DNA from: an uncultured Gemmatimonadales bacterium
GTDB taxonomy: Bacteria; Gemmatimonadota; Gemmatimonadetes; Longimicrobiales; RSA9
Direction: 5' to 3'
Assembly (NCBI GenBank): GCA_963741945.1
Contig: CAVUKA010000001.1
Span: 1,248,001 to 1,312,000 of the forward strand
Length of the DNA: 64,000 bases
Position numbers and translations under genes: made by a program. The notes under the pieces were generated by a model. That model was not told the origin of the DNA, made no database searches, and saw only the letters and a program-made list of their open reading frames with translations. Positions 60,021 to 64,000 of this stretch are shown piece after piece. The first letter of the stretch is position 1, and every line of letters begins with the position of its first letter.

Positions 60021-60164
60021 TCACTGCTCCGTGTACTTGCACGAGCCACCGCCGCACGAGCCGCAGCTCCCACCGCTGCACCCCTTCCTGCGGAGCGCCG
60101 GCGCCAGGAGGCCGAACGCTCCGAACAGCACCGCAAACCCGAGCACCGCCAGCACCGCGCTCAT
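60021..60164 (-). CDS. 47-aa single-TM Cys-rich peptide (NqrM-like / FeoB-associated Cys-rich-like)
   Basis: ATG overlaps the rnfA stop (ATGA); MSAVLAVLGFAVLFGAFGLLAPALRRKGCSGGSCGSCGGGSCKYTEQ; stop 1 nt before apbE ATG. Confidence 0.75.
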   Translation of the reverse strand: MSAVLAVLGFAVLFGAFGLLAPALRRKGCSGGSCGSCGGGSCKYTEQ

Positions 60165-60739
60165 GAGCTGAACAGCCCGGCGAAGCCCATGAACGCCAGC
60201 GACAGGCTGCCGGCCATGATGAGCACCAGCCCCATCCCCTTCGCCACCCCCGGCACGGTGGAGAACTGCGTCCGTTCCCGGATCGATGCCATGAGCACCA
60301 GGGCGAGGGTGAGGCCGAGACCCGCGCCAATGGCGAAGACCAGCCCTTCCATGAAGCCGTAGCCGCGATTGGTCTGGAAGATCGCCAGCCCGAGGATCGC
60401 GCAGTTCGTGGTGATCAGCGGAAGGTAGATCCCCAGCTCGCGGAAGAGCGCGGGGCTCACCTTCTTGATGGTCATCTCCACGATCTGCACCAGCGAGGCG
60501 ATCACCACGATGAAGGAGATCAGCCGCAGGTACGGCGCGGAGACCAGGACGTACGTGTTGAGGAACCACGCCGCGATGGACGTCAGGACCAGCACGAAGA
60601 TGTTGGCCATCCCCATGCGCACGGCCGTGCTCACCCGCCCCGAGACGCCCAGGAACGGGCACAGGCCGAGGAACATGGCCAGGGTGAAGTTGTTGACCAG
60701 CAGGGCCGAGATGAAAATGAAGAACAGCTCGCCACCCAT
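60161..60739 (-). CDS. rnfA: Rnf complex subunit A
   Basis: LVNNF..FLGLCPFLGVS; LGIYLPLITTNCAILG. Confidence 0.93.
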   Translation of the reverse strand: MGGELFFIFISALLVNNFTLAMFLGLCPFLGVSGRVSTAVRMGMANIFVLVLTSIAAWFLNTYVLVSAPYLRLISFIVVIASLVQIVEMTIKKVSPALFRELGIYLPLITTNCAILGLAIFQTNRGYGFMEGLVFAIGAGLGLTLALVLMASIRERTQFSTVPGVAKGMGLVLIMAGSLSLAFMGFAGLFSS

Positions 60740-61428
60740 CACGCCACCACCTTTCTGCTCTCGCTGGGCGTGCTGGACGCCACCCCATGCGGCCATTCAC
60801 GGATCGCCGGCCGCTTCGCCTTCCCCTTCTTGTCCTCCCACCAGCCGAACGCCAGCAGGATGAATCCGAGCGTGAAGAACCCGCCCGGAGGCAGCACGAA
60901 CACCACCCACGGCTCGAAGGACGGACCGAACACCGGCACGCCCAGTATGCTGCCGCTGCCCAGCAGCTCGCGGAACGTGCCCATCATCAGCAGCGCGATG
61001 GTGAAGCCGAGCCCCGTTCCCACGGCATCCAGGATCGAGCGGCCCACGCTGTGCTTCGACGAGAACGCCTCCTGCCGCCCCAGGATGATGCAGTTCACCA
61101 CGATCAACGCGATGAACGCCCCCAGCTCCTTGTGGATGTCGGGGACCACGGCCGCAAGCGTCAGGTCCGCCATGGTGACGAACGTGGCGATGATCAGGAT
61201 ATAGGCGCTGATCCGGACCTCGTTCGGGATCATCTTCTTGAGCAGCGAGACCAGGATGCTGCTCCCAACCAGCACGAAGAACGTGGCCGCGGCCATGGCG
61301 ATCGAGTTCGCCACCGTGTTGGTGACCGCCAGCGTCGGGCACAGCCCGAGCATCTGGACGAGCACCGGATTCTCGTTCCAGATCCCCCGCATGAAATCCT
61401 GCGAGGGCGTGGTCCTGCGCGGGCTCAC
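60739..61428 (-). CDS. rnfE: Rnf complex subunit E
   Basis: ENPVLVQMLGLCPTLAVT; LIVVNCIILGR; LPPGGF. Confidence 0.93.
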   Translation of the reverse strand: MSPRRTTPSQDFMRGIWNENPVLVQMLGLCPTLAVTNTVANSIAMAAATFFVLVGSSILVSLLKKMIPNEVRISAYILIIATFVTMADLTLAAVVPDIHKELGAFIALIVVNCIILGRQEAFSSKHSVGRSILDAVGTGLGFTIALLMMGTFRELLGSGSILGVPVFGPSFEPWVVFVLPPGGFFTLGFILLAFGWWEDKKGKAKRPAIREWPHGVASSTPSESRKVVA

Positions 61429-62267
61429 TCCGCACCTCCCTCTTCATCCGGCGACGGCGCCGCCGCCGCCCGGGACGTCGCGCCGGCCGTTGCCGGCGGC
61501 GCCACCGGCCCGGCGACCCCGGCACCGTACTGCTGCGCCATGTAGCGGGTCAGCACAGGGTCGAGCGCCTCGAGACGGTCATTGATGATCCGGATCACCG
61601 CGCGCGACGAGATGGTCGCTCCCGTGATCATATCCACTTCATTGTCCTTCCCCTCCCCGGCTCCCTCCTTCACGCCCCGGATCGGGCCGGTGACGTTGTC
61701 GAACCCGGCAATGAACTTCTGGTCCTTCGTGATCTTGTCGCCGAGCCCCGGCGTCTCCTTGCTGTCGAGCACGCGCATCCCCAGCACCTGTTTGGTCACG
61801 GGGTCGTAGCCGAAGATCAGCTGGATCACGTCCTGGAATCCCGGCTCCGCGCCCTGCACCGCGAAGCCGACTGGTCGGTCCTGCGCATTGAAGCCGAGGA
61901 ACACCTTCTCGGCGGTGATCGTGTCGATGCCCGCTGGCGGCGTGGGCGAGAGCCCGTCGCCCACCACGTACAGGGATTGCACGTGGTCCGGTTCCGCCAG
62001 CACCTCGGCCACGGCCGCCGCGGTCACCTGCGCCTTGTGCTCCAGGATCTGCGGCTCCGCCCACTGGAACACGCCCACAATGAGCAGCCCCGCCAACGCG
62101 CCGGCCACGGCCAGCGTGCTGATCAGCCGCCACGAGGGCACGTCCGCCGCCGGCGGGTGCGGCCCCCCATCGGTCTCGAAGGCCGGCCCCGTGTCCGCGC
62201 CCTCCTCATCGCCCCGGAACGCCTGCTCGGGCGTCACCGGCAACTCCCGCTTCCCGTCGTCGCTCAT
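61425..62267 (-). CDS. rnfG: Rnf complex subunit G (FMN-binding)
   Basis: TM anchor; ETPGLG; DMITGATISS flavinylation motif. Confidence 0.9.
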   Translation of the reverse strand: MSDDGKRELPVTPEQAFRGDEEGADTGPAFETDGGPHPPAADVPSWRLISTLAVAGALAGLLIVGVFQWAEPQILEHKAQVTAAAVAEVLAEPDHVQSLYVVGDGLSPTPPAGIDTITAEKVFLGFNAQDRPVGFAVQGAEPGFQDVIQLIFGYDPVTKQVLGMRVLDSKETPGLGDKITKDQKFIAGFDNVTGPIRGVKEGAGEGKDNEVDMITGATISSRAVIRIINDRLEALDPVLTRYMAQQYGAGVAGPVAPPATAGATSRAAAAPSPDEEGGAE

Positions 62268-63337
62268 GCCGCCCCCATCTTCCCGGCCCGGCTGCGAGCC
62301 GTCCCGAACACCCGCGGCCGCGTGGCGCGCTCGATGAACGGCACCAGCGAGTTCATGAGCAGAATCGAGTACATCACGCCTTCCGGCAGCCCGCCCCAGA
62401 TCCGGATGACCACGACGAGGGCGCCGATCCCGAACGCGAAGATCCAGGATCCCGCGTGCGTCACCGGCGAAGTCACCATGTCCGTGGCCATGTAGACGGC
62501 GCCCAGCATCAAGCCTCCACTGAACAGCATGAACAGCGGCCCGGGGTACGACGGGTTGATGGTGTGCAGGATCCCGGAGAGGACGGCCACGGTGGCGAAG
62601 ATCCCGGCCGGAATCCGCCAGTTCAGGTAGTTCCTCGCCGCCAGGTACGCCCCGCCCAGCAGAATCAGGATCGCCGACGTCTCACCGATCGATCCGCCCA
62701 CGTTCCCCACCAGGAGATGCCACAGCGCAGTGCCGTGTCCCTCGAACTTCATGAGCCCCAGCGGCGTGGCCTCGGTCACCACGTCGACGGGGCCGGAGGT
62801 CATCAACGGCGACGCGAACAGGTCACCCCTCAGCTGGAGCCAGCTCCCCGCCGCGCTGCGCACGGACGGCCACGTGGTGATGGCCGTGGGGAACGCAGCC
62901 TGCAGGAATGCCCGCCCCAGAAGAGCGGGGTTGAAGATGTTCTGGCCCAGGCCCCCGAAGATCAGCTTTCCGAAGCCGATCCCGAACACGCCGCCCACGA
63001 ATGCCATCCAGAGTGGGAACCCCGGCGGGAGCGTCAGTCCCAGGAGCAGCCCCGTGATGGCGGCCGAGCCATCGCGCAGGGCGCCGCCCCGCCCGAAGAT
63101 CCGCTCGGTGGCCATCGCGCCCAGCGTGCTCGCGGCCACCACGAGGAGCGCGCCCACGCCGAAGAAATACGTGGCCGCGCCCAGGACCGGGATCAGCGTG
63201 GCCACCACCGACCACATGATCCTCGCCGTGGAGTCCTGCGCGTGCAGATGCGGTGAAGCCATCAGCCGCAGGTCCGGCGACTCCGGCCCCGGCACCCCGC
63301 TCTGCCGCTCCCACCCCGTCCCGCGCCAGCCGCTCAT
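62264..63337 (-). CDS. rnfD: Rnf complex subunit D
   Basis: SPHLH; GGLGQNIFNPAL; TEATPL FMN site; GSIGETS; MATDMVTSP. Confidence 0.93.
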   Translation of the reverse strand: MSGWRGTGWERQSGVPGPESPDLRLMASPHLHAQDSTARIMWSVVATLIPVLGAATYFFGVGALLVVAASTLGAMATERIFGRGGALRDGSAAITGLLLGLTLPPGFPLWMAFVGGVFGIGFGKLIFGGLGQNIFNPALLGRAFLQAAFPTAITTWPSVRSAAGSWLQLRGDLFASPLMTSGPVDVVTEATPLGLMKFEGHGTALWHLLVGNVGGSIGETSAILILLGGAYLAARNYLNWRIPAGIFATVAVLSGILHTINPSYPGPLFMLFSGGLMLGAVYMATDMVTSPVTHAGSWIFAFGIGALVVVIRIWGGLPEGVMYSILLMNSLVPFIERATRPRVFGTARSRAGKMGAA

Positions 63338-64000
63338 GCGTGCACCTCCGCCCCCCGCACCTCGAGCTCCGCCTCGGCTCGCGCTCTCTCCTCCGCTTCG
63401 ACCCTCTCCGTCTCCCTCTCCTGCTCCGCTTCCTTCTCCTTCTTCCGCTGCTGCATCCGCCGCAGCCCGCTCTTTCCGAGCGCGAACATCTGCGACAGCG
63501 GGATGTTGGACGGGCAGACGTAGGAGCAGGAGCCGCAGAGCATGCAGTCCATCAGGTGGGCGGTTTCCGCCATCTCGTCATACAGTCCGAGCTGCGCCAG
63601 CTGACCGAGCTGCTGCGGGTTCAGGAATACGGGGCACGCCTCGAGGCAGCGTCCGCAATGAATGCACGGGTTCGGCGCCGGCCGCGCCGACTCCGATTCC
63701 GTGAGCACCACGATCCCGGACGTCCCCTTGAGCACCGGCACGTCCAGGTCCGCCTGCGGCAGACCCATCATCGGGCCGCCGAAGATGATCTCGGTGGCGT
63801 CATCGGTGAGCCCGCCGCAGAACTCGATGACGTCGCGCAGCTTGGTGCCGACGGGAATGATCAGGTTGCGCGGGGTGCGGATTCCCGGCCCCGTCACGGT
63901 GACGATCCGCTCGATCAGCGGGTATCCTGTCTCGAAGACTTCCGCGATCGCGGCGATGGAGCCCACGTTCTGCACCACCGCGCCCACGTGCATCGGGAGC
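63334..64000 (-). CDS. rnfC: Rnf complex subunit C (3' part; start outside window)
   Basis: VVQNVGS, ERIVTVTG, GGPMMG, CIHCGRCLEACP, CMLCGSCSYVCP; charged tail. Confidence 0.93.
   Translation of the reverse strand, partial: LPMHVGAVVQNVGSIAAIAEVFETGYPLIERIVTVTGPGIRTPRNLIIPVGTKLRDVIEFCGGLTDDATEIIFGGPMMGLPQADLDVPVLKGTSGIVVLTESESARPAPNPCIHCGRCLEACPVFLNPQQLGQLAQLGLYDEMAETAHLMDCMLCGSCSYVCPSNIPLSQMFALGKSGLRRMQQRKKEKEAEQERETERVEAEERARAEAELEVRGAEVHA

Overview
High-GC bacterial window. Gene content (VPS10-like propeller hydrolase, SusC/SusD-type pair, 'ELRRR' membrane-anchored TPR proteins) suggests Gemmatimonadota, which is inference only. About 55 CDS; no rRNA, tRNA, CRISPR array or mobile element was seen. 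Main blocks: (1) an archaeal-type HMG-CoA synthase/thiolase/DUF35 operon with a coupled ribbon-helix-helix-like fourth gene; (2) sulfur-handling genes: a YnjE-like rhodanese with SufE, and a psrABC-type molybdoenzyme operon with two YeeE/YedE genes, led by a SqrR/BigR-like ArsR and a visible sigma54 promoter downstream of a PAS-AAA+ activator gene; (3) thiC under a TPP riboswitch, with two frameshifts; (4) an uncharacterised four-gene cassette: secreted 4-Cys peptide, beta-propeller lipoprotein, atypical ABC ATPase, permease; (5) the 3' part of an rnf operon (C-partial, D, G, E, A) followed by a 47-aa NqrM-like Cys-rich membrane peptide absent from the ORF track, a Tat-signal ApbE, and two paralogous five-Cys proteins of unknown family. 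All product calls come from motif recognition by eye, with no database searches.
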